From: an uncultured archaeon
GTDB lineage: Archaea; Asgardarchaeota; Lokiarchaeia; Sigyniarchaeales; SOKP01
Direction: 5' to 3'
Length of the DNA: 57,301 nucleotides
Assembly: GCA_964493715.1 (NCBI GenBank)
Contig: CAZBPC010000014.1
Location: forward strand, 1-57,301
Part shown: positions 19,044 to 29,368 of the stretch, piece after piece
Position numbering within the stretch: the stretch's first letter is position 1
How the letters are laid out: each line of letters opens with the position of its first letter
The notes under the pieces: model-generated
Told to the model about the DNA's origin: nothing
The model's input: the letters and a program-made list of their open reading frames with translations, nothing else
The model's database searches: none
Translations under genes and position numbers: made by a program

Positions 19044-19490
19044 TTATTTTAAGAATGCCCGTCTACCTAAAAAAATAAAGAGTTCTCCTAACTCAAATGT
19101 AGTAAGAGGGAATATTAATTTTGCCATGTCTTCTCGGATTTGTGCTTTAGTTGCCCCAGAGATAATCAATCTCTTAATATCCTCAACATAATCATCCATA
19201 TTAAGAAATAATATTTCAATTTTTGCAACACCTGTTAATTCCTCAATATCTTTATCCAAATGTTCTTCTACTTGATTTAATAATCCTAACTTTAGCTTAG
19301 GATCTAATTCATATTCAGAAATAAGACGATTCATTTCTTCTAAGATGATATTTATGCTCAAGTTCCAATCAGCATTCTCCTTATACCTTGGAATGAGAAT
19401 GTCACTTATGATGATCTCATAAAGTGTCATTGGGGCTTTTTCGTCAAATTCAATTTCTAAATCCGTGCTCAATTTGAGTGTTTGGACCAA
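19044..19490 (-). CDS. hypothetical acidic helical protein
   Basis: 148-aa ORF with TTG start. Confidence 0.65.
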   Translation of the reverse strand: MVQTLKLSTDLEIEFDEKAPMTLYEIIISDILIPRYKENADWNLSINIILEEMNRLISEYELDPKLKLGLLNQVEEHLDKDIEELTGVAKIEILFLNMDDYVEDIKRLIISGATKAQIREDMAKLIFPLTTFELGELFIFLGRRAFLK

Positions 19491-20212
19491 CTAATACTTC
19501 AACTCTAAATAATTATTTTTTATTCTTATAGAGATAATAGGCTATTTTTTTTTTATATTTTTGGAGAATTTGAAGAAAAATTCAAAATTTTATCTCTATT
19601 TTTTATTCATCAAAAAGAAAAGTACTCAAGTATCTGTATAGTGGATTTTTGATTAGGATGAGATAAACATATCTGGCTATCATACATTAAGATATTTCGT
19701 TAAAAAATTTAATAAAAGAAAGTAGTAAATCGGATGCCAAGATAAATTAAAAATTTTATAAGAGGAGATTGTATTTATCTAATAACAGGGTTAAGGGTTG
19801 AGGTATTGGCCGATTCATCGGCTTTAGGTATAAGAATATATATTGATTTATCATGGACCTCCGATCATTATTTTATAATTGAACATCTATCTATTTAAAA
19901 TTATCTCTTTTTTTCACGGGACGAAAGGGAAATTCCATCTAATGGGAGGTGAGAAATAAAATTCAAAAATTTAGTGACTTTTTAAATTGATCGTGAAGCA
20001 GGATATAAAGATCGATAAAAATAACAAAATTGAAACAGTTTTTTAAATTTATGAGTATTTAATTGATAAATGGATTAAAGAATATATTCTCTTTTCATAA
20101 TTTTCCCATCATGTTGAATACCAAGGAGTAAAAACATCAAATAGAAAAATTATAAAAAAAGACGTTAAAAGCAATCATTAAATCTACCTTCAATCGAGTT
20201 GAATTTGTATAC

Positions 20213-21025
20213 TTAAGATATTTTCTTTTTAATCTTTTTTAATAACGTGGTATTAATATCTATTATTTCTTCTTTTTCCAAATCTAATAATACATCATAG
20301 ATCAAATATTTTCCAAATTTTTTGTGAAATTTCTTTATAATTTGTTTTAATTGAGTTTTATTGATAACTTTCCTTTTTCCTTGACAATAGGATGTAATAA
20401 GTGATTTCAGTAGGCTTTTAACGTTTTTATCATAGAATCGAGCAATTTTATATCCTGAAAATGTTGTACATAAAAAATTCAAATTAGATAAATTTACATG
20501 GTGAGTATCTCTAATATAATAACTATCAAATTGGGTTTTAAACTTCTTTCGCAAGCGTTTCTTAATTGGTTTTGAAAAATGTAATGCGAAAAAAGCGGAT
20601 ATAGAAGGAGTTTTTTTCAAGTTAATATTAAGATAATATACTCGCCCACCATAAAGCCCATGTAAAAAATTTTCCGCAGGACTGATTCTCACGTGTTTTA
20701 GATCTTGAGGATATTTTGCTGAAGCAACACACTTACCTTCACCGTGAAGAATCCAAAGCACATGAACTCCTTTCTCATTATAATCTTTAGTCCTTGATAT
20801 GATTTCATTAACAGAAATATTAGAATTTTGGACTTCAATAACAATTTCATATCCATCACTTAACTTGAAATAGATGTCAGCAAATCGATTACCAAAATAT
20901 TTTTCAAGAGCTCTTTTGATGATTGAATTGTTATTCGAGTACAGAAAATTATGCAATAGATATTTCATTACCTTGTGAGATTGAGACTCTGAATGAGTAC
21001 TTTTCATTGAAATGATATCTTGCAT
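20213..21025 (-). CDS. CoiA-like PD-(D/E)XK nuclease-fold protein
   Basis: ESQSH, EKYF..RFADIY.....IVIEVQNS.IS..EI..RT.DY..G..VLWI. Confidence 0.7.
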   Translation of the reverse strand: MQDIISMKSTHSESQSHKVMKYLLHNFLYSNNNSIIKRALEKYFGNRFADIYFKLSDGYEIVIEVQNSNISVNEIISRTKDYNEKGVHVLWILHGEGKCVASAKYPQDLKHVRISPAENFLHGLYGGRVYYLNINLKKTPSISAFFALHFSKPIKKRLRKKFKTQFDSYYIRDTHHVNLSNLNFLCTTFSGYKIARFYDKNVKSLLKSLITSYCQGKRKVINKTQLKQIIKKFHKKFGKYLIYDVLLDLEKEEIIDINTTLLKKIKKKIS

Positions 21026-21279
21026 TAAGAATGTACCTTTTTTTGTTTGGTTATCACTTTAATATCAATATTCGCTATTAAAAATGACCAGTATCCTTGA
21101 TTTTTGAATTTCATTTTTCTTTGATCTATAACACGACCTTTAGTTACTTATCCTGTTTATATCCTTAATTTTAGGTAAACATAGATTAAATTATAAAAAT
21201 ACTAATTTTATCTTTCGTTATTTAAATTATTAATAATCTTTATTAAGATACTTTAATGATTTAAAATTGAATTATTTCA

Positions 21280-21987
21280 GTGAGAGGAGTTAGTATAAAA
21301 TTTAAAAAAAGAAATAGGTATTTTATAATTAGTTTGATCATCAGCATATTATTACTAGTAGTTTTTATTTATGTTGTATTTAACTTTAGAACTGTTTTTG
21401 GTGTCGGAATTTTCAATGCAGAGGATAATTATATAAATTCCTATAGCGATGGTACTGCAGGTGTTAATCTGCATATACGTTTAGAACGTGAACGTGAAAT
21501 AAGTTATTATCTTTATACTGAAATTGACACAATCTCAACTGGAAATGTTGTTAATTATGGGATTTTATCTACTTCAATTTTTTATTTAAATGATAATCAT
21601 TTTGTAAATGTAAGAATACACGAATTCGATGTTCCATTAAGAAGTTATGCCGTGAGTAGATTATATGTCACTGTCGACAAAAATAATAATCTGACTTGCA
21701 ATGGTGTGATTGAACTATCTCTTAAAACTGGAGGAATTCCTATAAATGATACTGTTAATTTTCAATTGAGCTATATTATTCCTTATGGTTTAGACTTCTA
21801 TATGGATCTTAATTTAGCGCTTTATGTACTATTCTTCCTTCCATTCATTCTCTTATTTATTATACCCATTGTATTAAATTGGATATTTGCACCTGTATTC
21901 GGATTAAAGTACAGTGAGGAAGATGTAAAAAGGGATGAAAAATATTATCAATATCTTAAGCAAAAAAGAAGAGAAGAGGGACATTAA
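21280..21987 (+). CDS. hypothetical membrane protein (N- and C-terminal TM helices)
   Basis: two hydrophobic segments flanking a beta-rich domain. Confidence 0.7.
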   Translation: MRGVSIKFKKRNRYFIISLIISILLLVVFIYVVFNFRTVFGVGIFNAEDNYINSYSDGTAGVNLHIRLEREREISYYLYTEIDTISTGNVVNYGILSTSIFYLNDNHFVNVRIHEFDVPLRSYAVSRLYVTVDKNNNLTCNGVIELSLKTGGIPINDTVNFQLSYIIPYGLDFYMDLNLALYVLFFLPFILLFIIPIVLNWIFAPVFGLKYSEEDVKRDEKYYQYLKQKRREEGH

Positions 21988-22219
21988 TTAAATTCATATT
22001 TACCAATTAATTGAACAAGTAGAACTCCCTCATTCGTCTCCCCGTTAAAATGTTTTCTTATTTTAAAATGTTACCCTCTTTTTTTGTACAATTTCTTCGT
22101 GATTAGATTTATTACGACTTTCTTGATAAAATAACATAGCATTTGACAAGAAATTTCTATTGTAAAACAATAAATTGGCAATCCGCATGTAATTAAAAAT
22201 AATAAATTGTTCATAAAAT

Positions 22220-22942
22220 GTGAGCATCATGGTTGATAAGCATAGTCAAAGCTTTTTCGGTAAATCATCTGGATTGACCATTCAAAGTTCTTCTAGAAAT
22301 GAACCTTTTATTTTCTTGAAATGTATTAAAAAAAAGGCTGATGGGCTCTGGGAAAAACCATCTAAAGGTGAAGGTAAGACAATTAAATGCAGCTTAGATG
22401 AAATGATCATGATTAGTGAAGTCTTGCATAAAAGATTAGAGAATTGGGCAAGCTATCATAATTTTAATGATACAAAGACACAAATCACTTTTAAATGGGA
22501 GAATGAAAGAAAAGAAAGGTTATATATCAATATTGGAAGCTATTCCAAAATGTTGAGTTTCTCTCAAATCGAGATTCTCAGATTATTATTAAATCACATG
22601 CTCAGTGAGAAAATTGAATATGCTACAAGTTCAAATTTTTCAGAGGGGTGGAAAGGAAAACAAAATATGACTAATCATAAAGACACCAATGAACAAGTAT
22701 CAAATTCTCCAAGACCTACTATCCAAAAAAACACAGAAACAAGTGAAAAACCCTCTTGTCAAGTAGAAGGAGCAATAAAAAATGAAACTCAAAAGGCACT
22801 ATTGATCACTTTTCAGAATGATCGAGAATGTTGGATTCCTAAATCAGCAATAAGATCGAATTACGTATCAGATCAAGAAAGACAACAATATTTTAATATC
22901 GATACTTGGTTATTAGAAAAGAATAATTTGATAACTCTCTAA
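22220..22942 (+). CDS. hypothetical protein, possible Whirly/PC4-like ssDNA-binding fold plus small C-terminal domain
   Basis: duplicated beta-strands-then-helix pattern; C-terminal ETQKALLI....WIPKS motif. Confidence 0.5.
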   Translation: MSIMVDKHSQSFFGKSSGLTIQSSSRNEPFIFLKCIKKKADGLWEKPSKGEGKTIKCSLDEMIMISEVLHKRLENWASYHNFNDTKTQITFKWENERKERLYINIGSYSKMLSFSQIEILRLLLNHMLSEKIEYATSSNFSEGWKGKQNMTNHKDTNEQVSNSPRPTIQKNTETSEKPSCQVEGAIKNETQKALLITFQNDRECWIPKSAIRSNYVSDQERQQYFNIDTWLLEKNNLITL

Positions 22943-22948
22943 TTTAAT

Positions 22949-24145
22949 CTACGTTCGAGAAGTAATGCGAGGAATATATTCCTCATCACATAATTGTCTT
23001 AAATCTTTATTATAATCAATCATTTTTTTTGCTATCTCTGGATGTGAAAGCAATTGAACTTCAGATTTATCATCTCTATCCCAAAGTAAAATCGGGACCT
23101 CCTCATATGGTACTTCTTTTTTTACCTCTGCTATCCAAGATTCAGGTAATTCGTTTTTTAGATCAACATCAAGCATTTTGGATAAAAAAATCGTCCAAGC
23201 ACGAGGTACAACGGTCATAGAATAACCTCCTCCTCCAACAGCAAGCCATCGATTTTGACAGTAATCTCTTGCACATGTTCGCATGGTTTGTGCGATATCT
23301 CGATAGACAGAAATCGAAAGACCCATTTGAGTAAGAGGATCGTTATAATGCATATCGACCCCTAATTGGGTTAATAAAAGATCTGGTGAATATGCCTGTA
23401 ATATTTTAGGAACACAATATCGAAACAATTTTAGGAACATTCTATTAGAAGTTCCCGGTAAAAGTGGGAAATTTATTGAAAAGCCTTGACCAAGATCTTC
23501 TCCAATTTCGTTTGTGTTTCCCGTTCCTGGAAATAAGAATTTCCCACTCTCGTGAAAAGAAATTGTTAAAACATCTGGATCTTCATAAAATAGCTCTTGA
23601 ACACCATCTCCATGATGAGCATCGATATCTAAATAAGCTATTCGTATATCTGGCTTAAGTTTTTTTAAATAATGAATCGCAACAGCAATGTCGTTAAATA
23701 TACAAAATCCTGATGCTCTATTCTTATGAGCATGATGAAGTCCTCCTGCCGGATTAAATGCGATGTGAATATCTTCTTCATTCCAAACTAAATCTGCTGC
23801 TGTAATGCTAGCTCCACATACAAGCGCAGAGGCTTCATACATGTTTTTGAAGATAGGATTATCCCCAGGACCTAATCCATAGACATGCGGTGATATAGAC
23901 CTATCTTCTGGATTCTCACTGAGTCTTTTCACTACATTTACGTAATCAGAAGAATGAGCACGTTCAAGTTCTTCTCTCGTAGCAATTCGTGGTTCTATCA
24001 ATTTCAAATTATGGTGGTCTAAAAGATTCAATTCTTTCATCAAGCTATACGTGAGCTTTAATCTCAGTGGACGCAACGGATGTCTTGGTCCAAAATTATA
24101 GGATTGGTATTCCTCGGTATATACAAGACCGACTACATGCACCAT
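22949..24145 (-). CDS. acuC: histone deacetylase family / AcuC-type protein deacetylase
   Basis: HPLRPLR, GDNP, GGLHHA..ASGFCIFND, LDIDAHHGDGVQ, FPGTG, GGGGY; likely start MVHVV at 24145. Confidence 0.92.
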   Translation of the reverse strand: MVHVVGLVYTEEYQSYNFGPRHPLRPLRLKLTYSLMKELNLLDHHNLKLIEPRIATREELERAHSSDYVNVVKRLSENPEDRSISPHVYGLGPGDNPIFKNMYEASALVCGASITAADLVWNEEDIHIAFNPAGGLHHAHKNRASGFCIFNDIAVAIHYLKKLKPDIRIAYLDIDAHHGDGVQELFYEDPDVLTISFHESGKFLFPGTGNTNEIGEDLGQGFSINFPLLPGTSNRMFLKLFRYCVPKILQAYSPDLLLTQLGVDMHYNDPLTQMGLSISVYRDIAQTMRTCARDYCQNRWLAVGGGGYSMTVVPRAWTIFLSKMLDVDLKNELPESWIAEVKKEVPYEEVPILLWDRDDKSEVQLLSHPEIAKKMIDYNKDLRQLCDEEYIPRITSRT

Positions 24146-24301
24146 GATAAAGATATAAATTAGCGAGTTATTAATCTTTTTTATATTAATTTTGAATACA
24201 CTAATCAAAAAACACTCAAAACCAAAGTTTATAATATTTAAATATCATATTAAAAAATAAAGATGGTTGAGAATAGTTCAATTTAAAATAAAGCTTTCTT
24301 T

Positions 24302-24862
24302 TTGATCATGAGTCAGAGATTTAGAAAATTTATTATAAGGGTTGGGGGAGATAACGAATTTAAACCCATTAAAAACAAGCTATTGAATTATCTCCAGAAA
24401 GAAAGTGAAAATAAATACAAAAATTACCCCCGGCTATTAGAGTTGATGGAGAAATATTGGCCGACTTATAAGAGTGGATCTCAAATTTCCTATATGCTAA
24501 AGGATCATTATGAAGAAATATTTACATTTTATTTGTCGATTCTGTTTCCTTTCCGTAAAAGGGGTTTGACCCTTGAAGATCCCGAAGCCCCAACTCCAGT
24601 CGATTTTAAGCTCGTTTATAAGTATCATTATAACGAAGGAGAAGTTGAAACAGTAAAAGATGTCATGACGCAAATGAACATAGAAGGTAATATTGAAGGT
24701 ATATTAAAAAGACTTTTGATATTCGCCGTGAGTTCCTTCAGTCCAATGATTGAACAAATATTTAAAAGACCCTTTGCGTTTCAGTTCTCAAGTATTGACG
24801 CTAATTCCCTTGAAAATGGAGAATGGGAAATTGTTGCTATAATTTCAGCTCGTGAGCAATAA
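24302..24862 (+). CDS. hypothetical protein
   Basis: 186-aa ORF divergent from acuC. Confidence 0.7.
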   Translation: MIMSQRFRKFIIRVGGDNEFKPIKNKLLNYLQKESENKYKNYPRLLELMEKYWPTYKSGSQISYMLKDHYEEIFTFYLSILFPFRKRGLTLEDPEAPTPVDFKLVYKYHYNEGEVETVKDVMTQMNIEGNIEGILKRLLIFAVSSFSPMIEQIFKRPFAFQFSSIDANSLENGEWEIVAIISAREQ

Positions 24863-24878
24863 ATAGAAATCTTTTTTA

Positions 24879-25322
24879 TCATTTTTTAGTTAAGTAGGAT
24901 CCTAAATCCATGACTTCGCCATCTCCTTGCTTTACCTTTATCGTACTTTTTATCCCCTTGATTTTTCGTTCTATATAGATGATAGCATCCAAGGGGATTT
25001 GCCGAGGCACTCCTCCCTGTTGTTTTACGACTGCTACAAGATAATCAATGCTTTCAAATACATCTGGACTTATTAATTCATTATATATCCGTTGATAAAC
25101 CTCGGGTTCATCATTCTTGAGTTTATTGAGATGAGAGTAGGCAGAAGGATGTAAAACTGCTCTAAGTATGAAATCAATCTTCTCATACATATTTCCTGCT
25201 CTTTCTTGATTGACTTGTTGCATTTTTTGGGCATCAATGATTGCTTTCATCTTTTTTATTCTTATCTGATCCAACTCGTATTGCTCAAGTTCGTCTTTTT
25301 TCTCGTTCATTTTTTTCTTCAC
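24879..25322 (-). CDS. PDCD5/TFAR19-like DNA-binding protein (divergent)
   Basis: ELDQIRIKKM..., ILRAVLHPSAYSHLNKLK..EPEVYQRI resembles the PDCD5 ILRQIL.PEAR.RL..IK..KPE core. Confidence 0.6.
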   Translation of the reverse strand: MKKKMNEKKDELEQYELDQIRIKKMKAIIDAQKMQQVNQERAGNMYEKIDFILRAVLHPSAYSHLNKLKNDEPEVYQRIYNELISPDVFESIDYLVAVVKQQGGVPRQIPLDAIIYIERKIKGIKSTIKVKQGDGEVMDLGSYLTKK

Positions 25323-25356
25323 ACTTGATAATAATACATATTATTGTTCTATTGTT

Positions 25357-26274
25357 CTATAAATTTATGATCTTTAACGCGATTTCTAAAGCTCTGATTC
25401 CATCATCTAAGTTAACTTTCAATTCTTTATCATACAGAAAATTAAAAATTTCTTGTTTTAGAGGTTCATCTCCTCTTAAGGGCGTGTAGTTCACATCTTT
25501 AGTGATTGGTCTTTCTCCTTGAAGATCAATACCCGTTCTGATATTTACTTGTTGGGTGATAAAATCAATGGATATGCCGCCATATTCTCCATTTACATAC
25601 ATGCTTCGCGATTTCGAGGGAGTGAGCCAGTTTGATTCTATTTGACCAATTGCACTTCCAAAATCAAGGATAATAAATACAGCATCAGCATGTTCACTAT
25701 TTTTAATGCACTTTTTTACTCCAAATACATTTACAATGTTTTCCTTACCCATCAATTTCTCCTGAAGATATATATCATGGATTGATAAATCAAATATCAC
25801 GCCCATATCCCAATCTCGCTTTGGATATAACCCTACTCGCTTTGAGACAATCGATATAATTTCTCCAATTTCAGGTATATATTCCAGCAATTTATCGAAT
25901 ACAGGGTTAAACAATTCGATAAATCCAGGCATGATTCGAAGATTATCATATTTTTTAAATTCTGTTAATTGCTCGATTTTTAATGCCATCGGTTTTTCCA
26001 TCAATATATCTATCCCAGCATCAGCGAATTTTTTTGAAATGGATGGGATAAACTTTGGCGGAGTCACGACGCTAACTGCATCAATATTTTCGTTTTTAAT
26101 CAAGTCATCAATATCTGTATAAGTATTGACTTTATCATATTGAGCTGAAATAACGTCAAGTTTTTTTTCATCCTTGTCACAGACCGCCAATAAATTTGAA
26201 AGTTCATGGAAATTTCTTACGTGTGCTCGACCAAACCATCCAGCTCCTACAACAGCGGTATTCTTTTTTTTCAT
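25357..26274 (-). CDS. Gfo/Idh/MocA oxidoreductase
   Basis: VVGAGWFGRAH, MEKPMA, GFIELFNP, DLSIHDI. Confidence 0.92.
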   Translation of the reverse strand: MKKKNTAVVGAGWFGRAHVRNFHELSNLLAVCDKDEKKLDVISAQYDKVNTYTDIDDLIKNENIDAVSVVTPPKFIPSISKKFADAGIDILMEKPMALKIEQLTEFKKYDNLRIMPGFIELFNPVFDKLLEYIPEIGEIISIVSKRVGLYPKRDWDMGVIFDLSIHDIYLQEKLMGKENIVNVFGVKKCIKNSEHADAVFIILDFGSAIGQIESNWLTPSKSRSMYVNGEYGGISIDFITQQVNIRTGIDLQGERPITKDVNYTPLRGDEPLKQEIFNFLYDKELKVNLDDGIRALEIALKIINL

Positions 26275-26393
26275 TCAACTCAAATGTTTAATATTGTTAT
26301 GCTTTAGTGTTGAATAATTACGACTAAAATAAGAATTTTGTTATATGAAGAATTAATTTTTAGTCTTAAAATATATAAATTAGAGAAAAATAG

Positions 26394-26545
26394 TCCCCCC
26401 ACCCGGAATCTCATCCCTTCCATAACGGAAAGCAAGTTTGAGCCGGGGACCTCACGGTATCGGCTGACATTGCATCATTGGTATAAACCTTAGCATGCGA
26501 ATCAGAATCTACAGCCGCGCGCTCTACCAACTGAGCCATGGGGGG
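26394..26545 (-). tRNA. tRNA-Tyr(GTA) with two introns (37/38 at 26459-26508; 59/60 at 26408-26436)
   Basis: reverse complement gives acceptor CCCCCCA/TGGGGGG-A, D arm GCTCAGTTGGTAGAGC, anticodon arm CGCGG-CTGTAG^A-CCGTG, T arm CCCGG-CTCAAA^T-CCGGG; C1-G72 and A73 are archaeal Tyr identity elements. Confidence 0.9.
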
Positions 26546-26746
26546 TATATATATAATTTTAAATAAAGCGAGTAATATAATTTTTACGATTTTTTAGTGA
26601 AATCTCATTAAAAATTATTTAAGAATATCAAAAACTGAAGATTTATTGTTTACTATTTTATCATCTCAATAGAAAGGATATCATGTAGTATGTTGTTCCT
26701 ATGGCTATTTTTTTAAAATCAATTTTTAGAGGGAAAAAGATCAAGT

Positions 26747-27048
26747 GGAAGAATTGAAACTGTAAAGGTGGAAGTCCCGGGTGTTGAGATTCCGTAAGAA
26801 AAGAAAGAACTGATTAAGGAAGAAAAAGGAGTCAATTGGAATGAAAAGGTAAATTCAGAGTCTGATTTCAATTTTCCTGGATCCTCAAATCGGCTTTAAC
26901 AATCCTTGATAGGGGATTTTCAACAGAAAAGGGTGAACTATATAATCACAAGGGGAGAGTAATTGGATTTGTGCGAGGAAATATAGAAAACCTCACAGAT
27001 TTGGACTATTTTGGAATTTTAGTATCATATTATGATTTAGGAGCTTAA
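26747..27048 (+). pseudogene. possible decayed gene remnant
   Basis: purine-rich codon-like segments (GRIETVKVEVPGVEIP*EKKELIKEEKG...; TILDRGFSTEKGELYNHKGRVIGFVRGNIENLTDLDYFGILVSYYDLGA*) broken by a stop and a frameshift. Confidence 0.3.
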
Positions 27049-27239
27049 AGAATTAAAATTTTTAGTTTAACCTTTAAAATGTCTAACATGCTTTTTTTCG
27101 CGAGATGTGAAAAACACAGGAATTGAAACAATTAATGGAAAAAGAGGAGAAACATGCTACTGACTTTGAATATGCATAAATATATTGCTACTGAAGATAT
27201 TAGTATATATCAACGAAATATTTTAGGTTTGGACCTATA

Positions 27240-27662
27240 TTATTGAATTTGAAGTGTTCTTCTCTCTAATAATTCTAACTTTTCATTAATGTTTTTAAAT
27301 TGATTTTCCTTGACTCGCCGAGACATATCTCTCCATTGTGAGCGGAAATGATAGAAATATTCTGAGATATCAAGTGGATCTCCAAAAAGCACTTGGTAAT
27401 TATTGATAATTTCAATTTTCAAGTAGAGAGGTAAAAGTTCGAAAACTTTTATATCATATTTTACACTACACTCCCCAGCGAGTTCTTTTAAAAGAAGAAT
27501 ATTTTTTTCTTTTTCAGGGTTGGGTGTTATAATAGCAATGTCGATATCAGATCTGTGTGGAATGAAATACTTCGTAAGAAAACTTCCATAAATTACAACT
27601 TGATATTTTTCAAGTGTTTTCAAATCATTTCTAATATTATTCAGGTAATTTAAGGTTTTCAT
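27240..27662 (-). CDS. minimal nucleotidyltransferase (MNT/MntA) antitoxin
   Basis: IYGSFL......SDIDIAI motif; likely start MKTLNY overlapping the HEPN gene end. Confidence 0.88.
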   Translation of the reverse strand: MKTLNYLNNIRNDLKTLEKYQVVIYGSFLTKYFIPHRSDIDIAIITPNPEKEKNILLLKELAGECSVKYDIKVFELLPLYLKIEIINNYQVLFGDPLDISEYFYHFRSQWRDMSRRVKENQFKNINEKLELLERRTLQIQ

Positions 27663-28053
27663 TAATAAATTTCTCCACAATTTCAGTAAATTTCTTCAAA
27701 ACGTTTACAAAATGACCTTTCTCTTTAATAATTAAATCCTCTTCAATTTTATTATACCTATGAACTAAAATATTTCTTAAACCATTTAATCGACGAATTT
27801 CATTGAGAAATTCACCTGTAAAAATATTGAGTTTCTCTAGTTCATCAATGTTTGAATAATCATCTTTAACAGTAATACCTAAATCTTTACTTAACATAGC
27901 AATAATATCCATAGCAGCATCAACGGAAATCTGTAGCCGGTAAAATAAAGCATCCATCATAAATATGTCATCAAAATTTTCAGGTAATACCGTAATTTTA
28001 TCCACAATGAATTCTATTTTTCTGGAGTATTGTTCCCTTCGCTTCATTGTCAA
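27637..28053 (-). CDS. HEPN (DUF86/HepT) ribonuclease toxin
   Basis: ALFYRLQISVDAAMDI, RNILVHRY (R-X4-H followed by Y). Confidence 0.9.
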   Translation of the reverse strand: MTMKRREQYSRKIEFIVDKITVLPENFDDIFMMDALFYRLQISVDAAMDIIAMLSKDLGITVKDDYSNIDELEKLNIFTGEFLNEIRRLNGLRNILVHRYNKIEEDLIIKEKGHFVNVLKKFTEIVEKFINENLKLPE

Positions 28054-28519
28054 AACTCATTTTCTACTCTCTTAAAATATAGATATCTCTCATTTTATTT
28101 ATATAAATGTAATGCAATTATCCTTTTTTTTCATGAATTAATCATAAATACAAGTTTTCCTTATTTCTTCATAATCCTTCATTTAAACCTCACAAGTTTT
28201 TTGTGAGGATGGTAAGTTTTTCGTTGCTATCTTACTTAAACTGGTTTTTCCCCTTTAAGGCTCTGAATTGCTGATAAGGAGTAAGTGTATTGGCAAGAAT
28301 CATCTTTTCTTCTTAATAATTTGAATAAAGAACAGTTAGATGGAATCAGGAGCTAAATATGTAATACTTAAAAAATTAATTACCCATCTTGCTTTAAATT
28401 CACTAGAACGTGATGAATTTGGAAATTATATTTAACATTCATAATAAAAACTTATACAAGTTTTTAAATTTAGTTGAATTAATTATTCTAATTTTTGACA
28501 GGATGCTCACTGATAATTT

Positions 28520-29161
28520 ATGATTAGATCAAGAAAATTCTACTTAATATTATATCTTTTGTTAGGTTTTTTTGCGTATCTTTTAATAAATAGTTATATA
28601 ATTGTTAGGGGAAACATCTATTATTCTATAACATATGATATCAATGATCCCAGAGAACAGGAAATCATCAATAGGGTCGAGACTTTTAATTTAAGTGCTA
28701 ATCTGAATTATGATGAAGGCGAATGTAGTCATAAAGATTTTTATTTCAGTCGTGAGGACTTAAATTTATATAAGCAAGACATTAAATCGGATATTGGACT
28801 TCATTTCAACCCATTTTATTATCACACTTTTGAGTATACCATCAATACACAAAGTTTTACAGCTCTCTCAATTACTTATAATAACTGTTCAATTCTTGAT
28901 TCGAACTACTCTGAAGGACATTTTTTAGACCCTTGGTCTTTTGGATTTTATTTAAATCATAGTATGGTTCCTACTGTTCATAATGCATCAAATATAATTA
29001 CATTAACAGATGTAATAATAGTTAAAGTTGCAATCTACTACAAACATAGTGGCGAGTTATTTTCGAGTGGAATTGGAAAAGAATTTATTCAGTATCTTGT
29101 TTTAAATCAAGATTATCAAATAATTCTCGTGAATGTCCCATACATATTAACATATCCCTGA
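28520..29161 (+). CDS. hypothetical membrane-anchored protein
   Basis: N-terminal TM segment followed by a Tyr/Asn-rich domain. Confidence 0.7.
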   Translation: MIRSRKFYLILYLLLGFFAYLLINSYIIVRGNIYYSITYDINDPREQEIINRVETFNLSANLNYDEGECSHKDFYFSREDLNLYKQDIKSDIGLHFNPFYYHTFEYTINTQSFTALSITYNNCSILDSNYSEGHFLDPWSFGFYLNHSMVPTVHNASNIITLTDVIIVKVAIYYKHSGELFSSGIGKEFIQYLVLNQDYQIILVNVPYILTYP

Positions 29162-29368
29162 AATAGAATTTTATATAAACACTTATTTTGAAATTTATAA
29201 TTCCTAAAACAAAAATTTTTCAATCTTGTTACTTTTTTCCTATTATACAACTCAGCATAAAAATCATATTTGTCACAATGTTTTTTAACAAAAACTTAAA
29301 CTAAATAATTAACAAAAATTACATATTCTTATATATTAATTTATCAAATTCCAATAAAGTGAAAGTAA

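Noticed and set aside
21025-21114. 29-aa upstream ORF overlapping the CoiA-like start (TAATG)
   Set aside because: It is too short and featureless to separate from chance.
26394-28500. tRNA-anchored integrated element
   Set aside because: The accessory genes lie on the tRNA 5' side, and I found no duplicated tRNA 3' end and no integrase.
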